DNA from: Owenia fusiformis
Lineage: Eukaryota
Assembly (NCBI GenBank): GCA_903813345.2
Contig: CAIIXF020000001.1
Coordinates: 21,142,001 to 21,206,000 of the forward strand
Direction of reading: 5' to 3'
Length of the DNA stretch: 64,000 nucleotides
Below are positions 15,601-27,600 of this stretch, one piece after another. A program made the translations under genes and the position numbers. How positions within the stretch are numbered: position 1 is the first letter of the stretch; the number at the start of each line of letters is the position of its first letter. The notes under the pieces were generated by a model. The model did not search any database. It was not told the origin of the DNA and saw only the letters and a program-made list of their open reading frames with translations.

Positions 15601-18600
15601 GGGTCAGCATTATAGGCCACAGTTTTGTTCGGAAAATAGAAAAGTCTAACCATTTTGACTTTAAATTAAAGGAAGACATAGTTAACTATAATACCATCAT
15701 TGTATATACAATTAAACAATTTCAGATGATGTAAAATATAAAAATCCCTATCCAGATATGGCTATATTACAGCTAGGAGAAAATGATCTGGTTCATAGAT
15801 CATCTACCTTTGTTGCAAAAAATCTCATCACTTTGGCTGAACAATATTTAGATATACATCCTTCATTAAAAGCCTTTTATATTGGAGAACTATTTCAACG
15901 CTCATGGCATCCTTTCAAATCCTCGATCAATACTGCTTCAGAAGGCATTCAATATAATTCAATATTTTATCTACCAATTTCAAATTGTTAAATGATATTC
16001 ATCATCATAAGGGCAATAGACTTTTGTTCCTACATCACCCACATACCACCCAATATAGAATCAATGGTCAAATTTGATAGATGACTCCTACGATCCCATA
16101 CATCTCAATGCAAAGGGGAAAAGCGTTTCGTCAAGTCCTTGAAAGGCGCAGTCCTGAGATTTCTTGATTACATTTATTAGGTAATAATAATTAGACTTAA
16201 CATTAGAAGAGACGGCTACTCTTCTCTAACCAAACATAAGCCAGAGAGTCGTTAACTTTTCACAATAGTTTATTCACTTAGTTATCCTTCATAAGTACTA
16301 TACTTATATTAGGAAATTTAGTTTCCTGTTTACTTATATTTTATCATATTTATATTATGATAAATATATATTATTTTGTATATCATCTGCATTTATTCAT
16401 GCAGTGTATACTATACCTTTAGACATGATATGTTATCATATTTATATTATGATAAAATTCATATTATTTTATATTTCATATTCATGCATTGTATGCTTTA
16501 CCTTTATTCTTAAAGGTTATCATATTTATATTATGATAATTCATATTATTTTATATATCATATGCATTTATTCATGCATTGTATACTTTACCTTTATTCT
16601 TAAAGGTTATCATTTTATATTATGATTATTCATTTTTTATATATCATATGCATTTATTTATGCAGTGTATTCTAAATCATATTTATTATGATTAGCCTTA
16701 TGGGCATCATATTTATATTATGATAATTCATAATTTTTATATATCATATGCATTTATTTATGCAGTGTATTCTAAATCATATTTATTATGATTAGCCTTA
16801 TGGGCATCATATTTATATTATGATAATTCATAATCTTTATATATCATTTGCATTTATTTATGCAGTGTATTCTAAATCATATTTATTATGATTAGCCTTA
16901 TGGGCATCATATTTATATACATCTAACATGGAGCATGTGCTTCTATTTATATTTATCTAAATGTTTTTATATCTTGAAGTTGCTTACCCTCTATATAACT
17001 ACTAATTATTTCACTGCAAATGTCTGAAACTGAAGGACCTAACCCAAATATTACTATTGAAGAGTATCACACTTCTAATACCCTGACTGCAGCCAAGTCT
17101 ATGCCCACTTTAATAAGGGGCAACTTTACAACAACTTTTCCCTTATCCCCTTTCCCTTCTTATTCCACTACATCTTCCATTCCAACCCAACATTTCATTC
17201 TCTCTAAATAGACCCACAGCATCTATTACTCGCCCTATTCCATCTTTTGCATCAAGCGCTAATATCCAACCCTACCCTTTCATCCCTCCAGTCTCTACTA
17301 ACCTTTCAGCTTTTCATAATTCCCAACCCGTCTCTACAGCTTATGGATTAATTCCCAACACAAATGCCATGCTACAAGGACAGGTGTCAGTAGCTTCAAT
17401 AAATCCAATTCCCAGTTTTCAACATATTACATTACATTAATTTGTCCATATTTCAGATTTTGCGGATTTACTTTAATTCATTTCTATGATATTCTTATAT
17501 TTTGGTATTCATGTATTGATTCATGATTGTATTGAAGAAGACAAAAACAATGATTATGTCCTCTGTGAGATGTAATCTGACAATTCTTTTGAATCAAAAC
17601 ATTTGAATTTAAACCCTTCAAAGAAGGGAAAATCCTTTCATTTCCAGAATGGGTCCGAGCATTCATTATATTTATTGCTGTCTATACCCAAAGATTTCAT
17701 GATCAAACCCCTCACCTCTTGAAATATATATCCCCTTGTCCCTTTAACCACACCTGCCCAACTTCCAAAATGTTACTCCCGCAACAACGGCAGGCAAGCC
17801 CAATTCCCCAACAAAAAGCGCTCAGGTACTGGAGACTCCAAAAAACCCTTCGAGTGAACTTATGTCAACACAAGTTGTTACTCCAGTTAAACTCTCCAGG
17901 TGAATTCTGTGTTATTCACAACTTATCACATCCCAGAGGCCAACCCATAATGATACTATCCCAGACGAAACTTCTACAGTTAAATATGCAACCGTACAAC
18001 AAGCCATAGATATTATAAAACATTTAGGAAAAGGTTGCTTCTTGTGTAAGACTATTAGAAGCTTGTTTGCTCATGGAAATGGCAAAACAATCATTGACAC
18101 TTTATGTAACATCAACCCCTTTACCATTAAGCCAAAACCAAAGAAAGTCTCAAAGAGAACTTTTATCTGCTATAGGATTCCTTAGCTACTGTTGTTGTGT
18201 GATTCCTTTCGGTAGATCATTTATTTCATTATTTATTCATCTATCTAAAAATGAAGGAGCTACATTATAAAATCTTAATCAACACTCCATCTATGCAGGA
18301 TTTATTAATGTGGAAATAGTTTCTAATTCCCTTTAATGGGAAATCTATTTTCCTTACAGAAGAACAAGAGACAAGAGAACAATTGCATCTTTTACCGATG
18401 CTTCTACTACGATAGGCTATGGAGCCGTTTGCAATAATCTTTGGTTTAAAGGGGAATGGCCATCAGAATGGAAAGAATTGGACATCAATATTCTTGAATT
18501 ATATCCTATTGTTACTGCTATACTTACATAGACAAAACTTATGTCTGGACACACAGTTATCCTGCATTCTGACAATGATGCAGTATTGAACATACCGAAA

Positions 18601-21600
18601 TAAATTTTCTACCAGCAATCAAACGTCCATGCAACTCTTACTTCCCATATATTAAAATGTCTCTTAAACAATATCATGTTCAACGTGAACACATTGCTGG
18701 TATTCTTAATTCTGCTGCTGACGTTTTATCTAGAAACAATTTATGTTACTTTTTATCTTTTTAGAAGCACTTCAAGCTGCCCAAGCCCCGTCTACCAGAA
18801 AGTCATATGATTTATTAGTACAGTTCAACTCCCAGACAGGTATAGGTGAATTTCCTCTAACCCCAGCCTGCTAGCCTTTTTGCAGCACATCTTCGTTTAA
18901 AGAATTATCCCCCTAATTCATTCAAGTCAGTTCTGTCTGGTATATCATTTTTATCATATTTTCACAATTAACAATTTCAAGGATCCCACTACTTCTTATG
19001 TAGTCTCTCAAATAGTTTCTGGTTTTTGTAAACAAATCCTAGCATAGACACTAGATTGCCAATCAACACAGCCTTGTTAGAACAAATGGTTTCTAAAACT
19101 TCTGAAGTAGATTTTTACCCTTTTGCTCAAGTCTTGTACAGAGCTATGTTATCTACAGCCTTTTTTGGCTTACTAAGAAGTAGTGAGTTGACAAGTACTT
19201 CCGCAGGACACAACTTACAGTTAGAAAGTATTAAATTCTCTCCCGATGAAGCCTTTTTCATTATTACTTTTTCACATTTTAAACATAGCTCATCTCCTGC
19301 TACGATATCAATTAATTCTCAATTACCATCTTGTTGTCCAGTATTACATATGAAGTTGTACCTGAACATAAGGTCCTTTAAATCAGGTCCTTTTTCATTT
19401 ATAGAGATGCTCCAGTGAATACTTCTGTATTTAACAATTTTCTTCACAAACTCTTTGTTCAATGTCAGGTAGATCCTACCTTCTATAAATGCCACAGTTT
19501 GCGGATAGGCGGAGCTACATGGGCCACAAATCTTGGACTTGATGACTATACTATCAAAAGATTGGGAGATGACATACATACATACATTAAAAAATATATT
19601 AGGTAGACATTTATAAACTCAGACTGGTGTCGAGTATGCAATTTTCATTAAAGCCCCAAAGTTGCTCAGACAGGTGTCTAGTATTCAATTTTCATGTAAA
19701 CCCCAAAGTCGGCTCAAACAGGTGTCGAGCATGCAAATTTCAAGTAGCTACTGTTTTTTCTTCATGATGTACTAGAAATTTAATTGAGATAACCCGCACT
19801 TTCTGAATTCAAAAATTTTCATTCAATTCTAATTCCTTTATCTTACCTGAGATTGACAGCATATTACATTACATTACATTAATTTGTCCATCCTTATTTC
19901 AGAATTTGCGGATTTACTTTAGTTCATTTCTATGATGTTCTTATAATTTGGTATTCATGTATTGATTTGTGTGTATCAATAAATGATTTAACTACTTTCT
20001 AATTAATCTTCTTTTCTTTTGGGCTCTCGCGAGAGATCGCGCATGGCCTTATTTTCGCCCAAGAAGATGATTTGGAGATGGTATTATAATATATCCAATT
20101 GAGCTAATTAACAGTTATGTCAAATTGTAAACTCTTGTAGCTAATTAACTTAAATTAGCCATTATTTCCAAGGTATTGTGTTTTGTGTTAATTGGCTCAA
20201 TATTTATTTATATTAATTTTATATTAATAATTTTACATGTACGACTCTCACGGCCATATCTATACTCTACATGAACATAAATTCAAATTATTGACAATAA
20301 TTTCATTTATGGTAATGTGAGAGTCGGTTAAGGTTTAGGTATGAACAAGCCCTAAGAAGACCATTCCCCGGTTATCCCAGGTAAATGTTTCTGGTAAGTT
20401 ACACTGAACGAAACATCAAGCTTCAGATCTCGAGAGTACGAGATGAGACTTTAGACGAGATATCGATAGGATTGTAGTTGGAGGGTTTTCTCCCTAGGTG
20501 CGTACAAAATCCATTAACATCAATGTAAGTTATACATTTCGATTCTTTTCCCTCACCTCCTTCCCCAGCTTACACCACCAGTTGGAGATTTATTTTCGCC
20601 CAAGAAGATGATTTGGAGATGGTATTATAATATATCCAATTGAGCTAATTAACAGTTATGTCAAATTGTAAACTCTTGTAGCTAATTAACTTAAATTAGC
20701 CATTATTTCCAAGGTATTGTGTTTTGTGTTAATTGGCTCAATATTTATTTATATTAATTTTATATTAATAATTTTACATGTACGACTCTCACGGCCATAT
20801 CTATACTCTACATGAACATAAAAGAATGTTTACTGTTTAATGTGTGCCGTACAAGATGGGTTCCTATTGGATACTATTTCATGTGATTTTGTTTGGAATG
20901 AATTTAATAATGTGGAAGTACCTGGTTGGGGACTTGCAAAATTTTCTTTCGGAATTCTAGTTGATTATAATCCTTCAGCTGGAAACAAGGTGGGATTCAT
21001 ATTTAAGGATAACATAAAAACATTTGGATGTGGCCTGACTAATTCAGAAAATTTGGACTGTGTTTCATACTGTGCAGACGGATTTCAATACACGAATGGG
21101 GAATGTGTCTTAAAATACCATGCTTTTGATATGACATTAACTGGTAGGTGGACAACACAAGAGTTTGGGATGATAAGTAACACAAAAATATGGCAAAGCT
21201 TAAAGAAAGCATTATTAGAACTATTCCTTGAGGTACTGGAGCAATGCATCATTGAGGAGATAAAACTGGAACCTAGTTTCAATAACTCATCTTCAATATA
21301 TGGATTTATCCAGTTTGATGTAACCGGCAAATACAAATTAAAAGTAGGAAACATGGTGCCATTAGATGAAATTCATGCAAAATTATTCAATAATATTCTC
21401 ACAGAATCAAATTCTGCTAGTCCTAAAAGAACAAATGTTTTAATTGACCTTAATAAGACATGTCTAAGTTTATTTGGTGAAAGGTCATGTTGGAACCATG
21501 GACGTGTAACAAAATCGGGAGAAAATATTGTAACTGAACGAAATGAAAAAACACTAATATTCAACCCAAGCAAAACCAACCAGTCAGCAATTGCAACATC

Positions 21601-24600
21601 AATTCCTCTTAAGCCATACAACACTACAGATTGTCCACGCAAACTTGTACGTCCTAATTCTGTTAAGATACTAGCCAATGAGAGTGTACTTTCCATTGAC
21701 ACTGGGAATCTACTTTCAGAAGATGAATTTATATTGGTCGGGAATATGGTATATGTTTGTGTGAATGAGACTGGAGAGTTTGCTAATTGGACTGCAGTCT
21801 GGCGGTATGATGACACGATGGGGTTATTAACAATCATTTGTACCACACTGTCTCTTGTCTGTATGTTCATTAGACTCATTCTCCAACCCTTTGTTTCACT
21901 GTTTCAAAACTTCCCTGGAAAATTACAGTTTTTATTTATCTTGTCACTATTTCTTGCAAGTTTATTATTTCTGATCAGGCCAAATTGTACTGATATAAAA
22001 TACTTATGTGTCACACTAGGAGTTTTAATCCACTGGAGTTATCTGGCAGTTTTTACATGGACAGTGATCATAGCAAGAGATATGTTCTATATATTTTCTC
22101 CCTCTAGTTTTGCTAAATCAACTGACACAAATGTTTCAGTCCTGAAACTGTATGCACTTCTAGCATGGGGTATTCCAGCTGTCATAGTGGCAATATCTTT
22201 AGGTCTTGATTTTTCCAATATAGACCCTGTCTTTAAACCAATGTATGGCAGGGAAATTTGCTGGATATCACAAAGATATCCTCTCTTGATATTTTTCACC
22301 ACCCCTATAGCCATTGCAATTCTGGTCAATATGGGGTTCTTCATACCAACAGCCATTAGCCTTTGGAAATCAATGAAACAACGAGTTCAAAGTTGCAACC
22401 AGACTTCAGAATATCCTTTTGGAATTTATGTCAAGTTATTCTGTCTTACGGGTCTCACATGGATCTTTGCATTCATAGCCCCATACAACATAGCTTTATG
22501 GTATATCTTTATAGTGTTAAATGCAAGTCAAGGGGTGTATATATTCATAGCTTTTGTTTTAAAGAGAAAAGTGTGGGACAGTCTCACTTTCTCAAAAGAT
22601 TCCAAGAAATCAAAGGCAAAAACGAGTTCATCCCATTTATCAACATCATCGATGTAGAACATAACAGAACAGAGAAGAAGCAATGTCTAATGAAAAGAGG
22701 GAATATAAAAATAAGGCTGCATGAACAAAGACAATTCACATGATTATGTAAAATTAGATTTGAATGAGGAAATGACAAATGCAATAGAAAAAAAGGTGGC
22801 AAAAATGTGAATGGTGATGCAGAAATGAAAATGACATAAAAATGTGATATGACACAAAGGTGATAGAAAAGTAAAAGGTTTACAAATAAAAGTGAAATAA
22901 AAAGTAAAAATTTTAAATCTGATTTTTTTTCTTCTGGAAACAATTTAAATGCAGGCGCCATTTTGAGAATTCTTTCTTGAACAAATATTCCATGTCCTTA
23001 GGCATCAGTATATATTTTATCGAATCAAATCAGACAACTGGTATTTGAGTTATCAAAGATCACATTTTTCATGAAAAAGGGTTGCCATTTTGAATTAAGC
23101 AGCCATATCGTGAGTCCTATTCCAATAAGAGTGAGCCTATAAAATTTGGGCAAAATGGGATCCTTGAGTTATTACATCTATTTATGAAAAAATGGAAGCC
23201 ATTTTGAAATGAGCGGTAATTTTGAAAAATACTTCCTGAACAAAGGTCCTATGATCCCAATCATCAGCATATAAATTTTGAACCAAATCAGTCCACTGGT
23301 ACTTTAAAGTTGTCAAAGATTTAATTTTTTATGAAAAAATTTCAAGGTCCGATAAAAAATTATTAAATGTAACTTATTTGCAAGGACACAATCTCCAAGC
23401 AATGCAGAGAAATTACTTACCTCTCATCCCTCTCTTTCTCAGTGAGGGACCTGGAAGAGCCAGCATTGGCCAGCTGCTCTGGGGTCTGCTCTTTGAACAT
23501 CAGGGACACAATCTCCAAGCAGTGCATTGCAAACTGCCTCTCCTCCTGGGAACTTGCTATATACAAGAGCAGATCTTCCATTCCACTCACATGTAAAGCC
23601 CTGCATAAAGAATAATACATGAACAGCGAATGTGGCTTAATAATATAGTACAAGAGCATTATCCTTTTTTGCTTGCTTTTTGCCATATTTTATAACTTGA
23701 TATACAATATTTAATGTAATTTTATTGATGTTAAAAAATTACACACATTTTAAATGTTTAATACATATTTTGTGGAGATTTGTCAAAGTTAGAGGCATTT
23801 TAGTGTGAAATTCTGTCACTGATATATCTTACTATCTGGGTATTCAAGCAGTTAAACAAAGTTGAGAGAGAATGAAATATCAGGGAAGAATACATATGAT
23901 ACTTTGCAAATATACCTTAACAGAAGAAATTGTGAGACAAAAAGTTGAAACTACTAGATAACCCAAGGATTTACCTTTCATCAGAGTGCAATTGAAAATG
24001 CTTACAAAAATTGACATACCAACGTATTTAAAAGTATGGTACATACCATAAGACTTGATCATGTATACTTGCATCATCGTCTGTTCTCTGGAAAAAAATG
24101 TAAACAAACATATAGTCATTTAATTTTCAATATTTCTAACTATATATTGCCACGTCAACACCTCAAGTTTATAATATTCCTGCTTACTCTTGTATTTCTA
24201 CATTCTAAGTAAAAATTGTCATTTTATAGCTTTGATACACCTTCAAACTTTAAAGCGGAAATAATGTCAGGTATTCTAATCATCATTAGATGTAGTTACA
24301 ATACTACTGAATAAAATGCAATAAGTTGAAAATCTTGTTATGTGTTAGTTTTTGTATAATATTGAAAATAAAAATCATAAATTGACCCAGTGACCCAGTT
24401 GTCTGTTGGACGGGGCTCCCCATATTTCCCTCAGAGACCCGGATGTAGACCGGAAGTGTGACGTTTCTGCGACCTGAGTCGCCATCTTGAAAGCATTCAC
24501 AACAAAGGAAAATGCCTATGTGTTGTGCGGTAATCTGTTCAAATATTTCCACTGATAGAGCTAGACTTGGGATAAGGACTTTAAAAGAAATGCTTGAACG

Positions 24601-27600
24601 ACAGTACGACAGTCGGCTGGTGACGGTAGAATTAAAATCTGTCGACAGTTCAAACCAGCTGTCGTTGTCGTGGACCGAATCCCCGGGGAATAGAACACAT
24701 TTAAAACAGTGTCACTTACTATAGTTTCTGAAAAGTTTCATGCACGGCTTTTAACAATCAAAGATTCCTACTTATTATTGTCTTGTTTGTCGTCCTATAT
24801 CTATCCTGGGGTTGTGTTTTTTCTCCCCAATACGGGAAAACATTTTGAATAAAGAATTTTCTAATTCCGCCATCGAATAAGTAGGGTAATCTGCAGCAGT
24901 TTCGTTTTTGCTTCAACTCTTCACGCATGCCTAGTAGTTTGAAATAATTTACAAGTGCGCATGTGTTTTTGAAATTAAGCCAATCAAATTATTCATTCTA
25001 ATGCGCATGAACTAGATTCCGAATCAAGAGGAACTGGCGCAGATTGCCTCAAATGCTGAAATCGCTCTTCAAAAGCTCTTCAAAATAGATTGGTGAATAA
25101 AAATGAATAACAACTGAAGTTAGAGTGGTTTATTTAGTTCGATGTCAGGATATTTCAAGTAAGTATTGATTATATAGACGCTACAGTGATGATGGTTCTA
25201 GACACGCGGGGCAAGTTGTTTTAGCTGATTTTCTCCTCAAACGGCGTAGATTGAACACAATTTTACTTCCGGGTTTACCCACGACAGTTTGCTATCGGCA
25301 ACAGAAATAACACTGTCGTTATCGACAATGGAATCTCACTGTCGTTCGGGCAGTTGCCATACCATACATATTCTCTCACAAGAAACCAAAGAAAACGGAT
25401 TCAAGGCGAGCAATCCGGTCCCAAAAAGAGAACTGAACCAGGCCATGTGCCGGTTAGGTCGACGCCATTTTGAAAAAACTTTTTGAATTGTATCGTATCG
25501 TATCGTATGTCTTTAATAGCTTTATAACTTAATACCATATTTGTGAAATAAATATAACATACTAGGTCTACGAGCCTTTAAATTGTTTGTTGTCTACTGT
25601 AAATACAACAAAAATACACCTCCATGGTGATCGAAATGACGAACCTTGCGTCATCGATCGCGATCATTCATGACGGGGAATACATTATCAGTTCTGCCTT
25701 ATATTTATAACAGAGTGTCAAAAATCCAATTAATATCTGCCATTCGTCATTTTATTAAATAAAAGATCCGAATATGTTTAATCTTCAAGCAAAACGATCG
25801 AGAGATAATTGATTGTCAACATAAAATTAACGCATTTTCCTGTCATGTCGGTAACCAACGTTCACGAGTTGGTCAGTTTTTGGTTTTGATTGGCACTTTG
25901 GGAGTTAATTCTATGAATTGTAAGTATTGATGTGAACATGGTCATGTTTTTCTCGAACAGGTGATATCATATTATAGTATGTCAATATGCCAAATACATC
26001 GTCAAAATCTTCAAATTGCTCCATTTTCTTGTTAAGAAGTTCGTAATATTTTTCAATGTGGCCGCCCCGCTACAATTGCGCATGCGCATTTTTGGGCCAA
26101 TCAAAATGCTGGAATTTGTCGAGTCGCAGTGACGCCGCTCATGAATATTCATAGGTAGGTTATGGCGACCTCCATAATCCAGGTGAAGATCCAATACCTC
26201 AAAATTAATTCCAATATATCTGCCGATGCATAAGAAGATCGTCGCTCATACCCGGGTCATGTTTTTGATTATAGACTTATTATTCTGATGAATCATAGTT
26301 TTTACTTGAGGTTATTATCCCTTTAAGGGACTCTGAACTGTAGCGATGACTATACCTTTTAGTTTCTGGGGCAAAACCAAAAGACCTTGACACATTCATA
26401 TACCTACATTTACACAAATATACACACCACCTTTAAGGAGCAACATATTTTTTTATTGATAAATCAGCGTTTTAATCTGTTATAGAACTGGAAATGTGTT
26501 AACGACACCCACACATAAATGATTCACTTTATTTCAAATTCTCCTTTAGATTAATTTTGAGTGCTTCTCTTTTGATCAATAATTTGACTTCTCCGCTTCA
26601 TTAAAAGAACATTACCACCATTTTCTCAACTCGAATAGGTTCAGGTTTATTGAAAGTATAAAGGTTTAACAGCAGACTGAATGTATATTTATGCATTTTT
26701 CAAAAATGGAATCACCAGAGAATGTTTAAGACCACGCAATCATCTCTAAAACCAGAAGAAGTATTTGTAGCAATTTTATTGTCACTATAGTTCAATGTTT
26801 CATAAATCATTTTCTGTGTACCTGACTTTTGCTATACTACTATGCTATCGCTACAATCTACAGAATGTGACAATAAATGATATGTTTAGGGTATTAAAAT
26901 ATGTCACTTTTAATATAGGGCAACTACTGCTAACATGGCGTAAGGACCACATACACATACTTTAAGTACTGCCAATACCTGACAATGTAACTATTGACTG
27001 AGAATTTTTAATTGACATATTATTAGAGATTCTCTCACCTTTTCCTCACCCAGATCAGGCTGGATATGTAATATATTCCTCACTAAGATAAGTATCCTTT
27101 CAATCAACATGCGATCATCTTCATGGCGACTCTCCCAATCCTAAAGTAAACAATACAAAAGAGTCATGTTATATAAAAGTACATTTTGAAAGGTCAATAG
27201 AAGACCTGGTTTATCACATTTAACATGTTCTTACAGGGTTTTTTCATCACATGGGTGCAAAATCTCTATTTTATGTGTACCTATTTGGACTAAATGCGTT
27301 TAAAACAAATGCCATTTTTGATTGTTTTTCAGTATTTTCTAGTCATCTTTAATGTCACCAGGTGTGACTAATTCTGGAATCTCAGTTAGTAAAATAATTA
27401 AATTAATATGTACATTAATTAAATAAATATGTACATTAATTAAATACACAAAGGTTAACCTCACCAATTGTAAGTTATCTCCCAGTTTCTTGGTAAGAAC
27501 AGCAAATAATGCTTCATCAGCAAATGCCTAAAACATTTCAATAAAACATTTTAATTCAAATTCAAATTCATGAAACAAATTACATAACCTATTAGGTAAA

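Larger units (their letters stand above)
14253..20821 (+). mobile_element. Tyrosine-recombinase (DIRS-order) retrotransposon with split direct repeats (Ngaro-like), internally decayed
   Basis: A1 14253-14521 = A2 20281-20549 (269 bp); B1 20049-20280 = B2 20590-20821 (232 bp); no TSD; remnants of SGNH, gag, RT, RNase H and YR. Confidence 0.92.
13239..22657 (+). pseudogene. Nested intronless somatomedin-B-domain + 7TM (class B/adhesion/Methuselah-like) GPCR gene, disrupted by a TAG at 14106-14108 and a retrotransposon at 14253-20821
   Basis: N-terminal hydrophobic signal-like peptide; SMB motif [36 protein letters not shown]. The frame stays open 14109-14252 and joins in frame to 20822 (..[15 protein letters not shown]..). 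Seven TM segments carry class-B motifs ([31 protein letters not shown]). Splice acceptor at 12976-12977 upstream of the ATG. Confidence 0.85.

Noticed and set aside
21085-22356. Minus-strand ORFs overlapping the GPCR
   Set aside because: Antisense shadows of the 7TM ORF; the timeless exons at 23421 and 5779 join in phase without them
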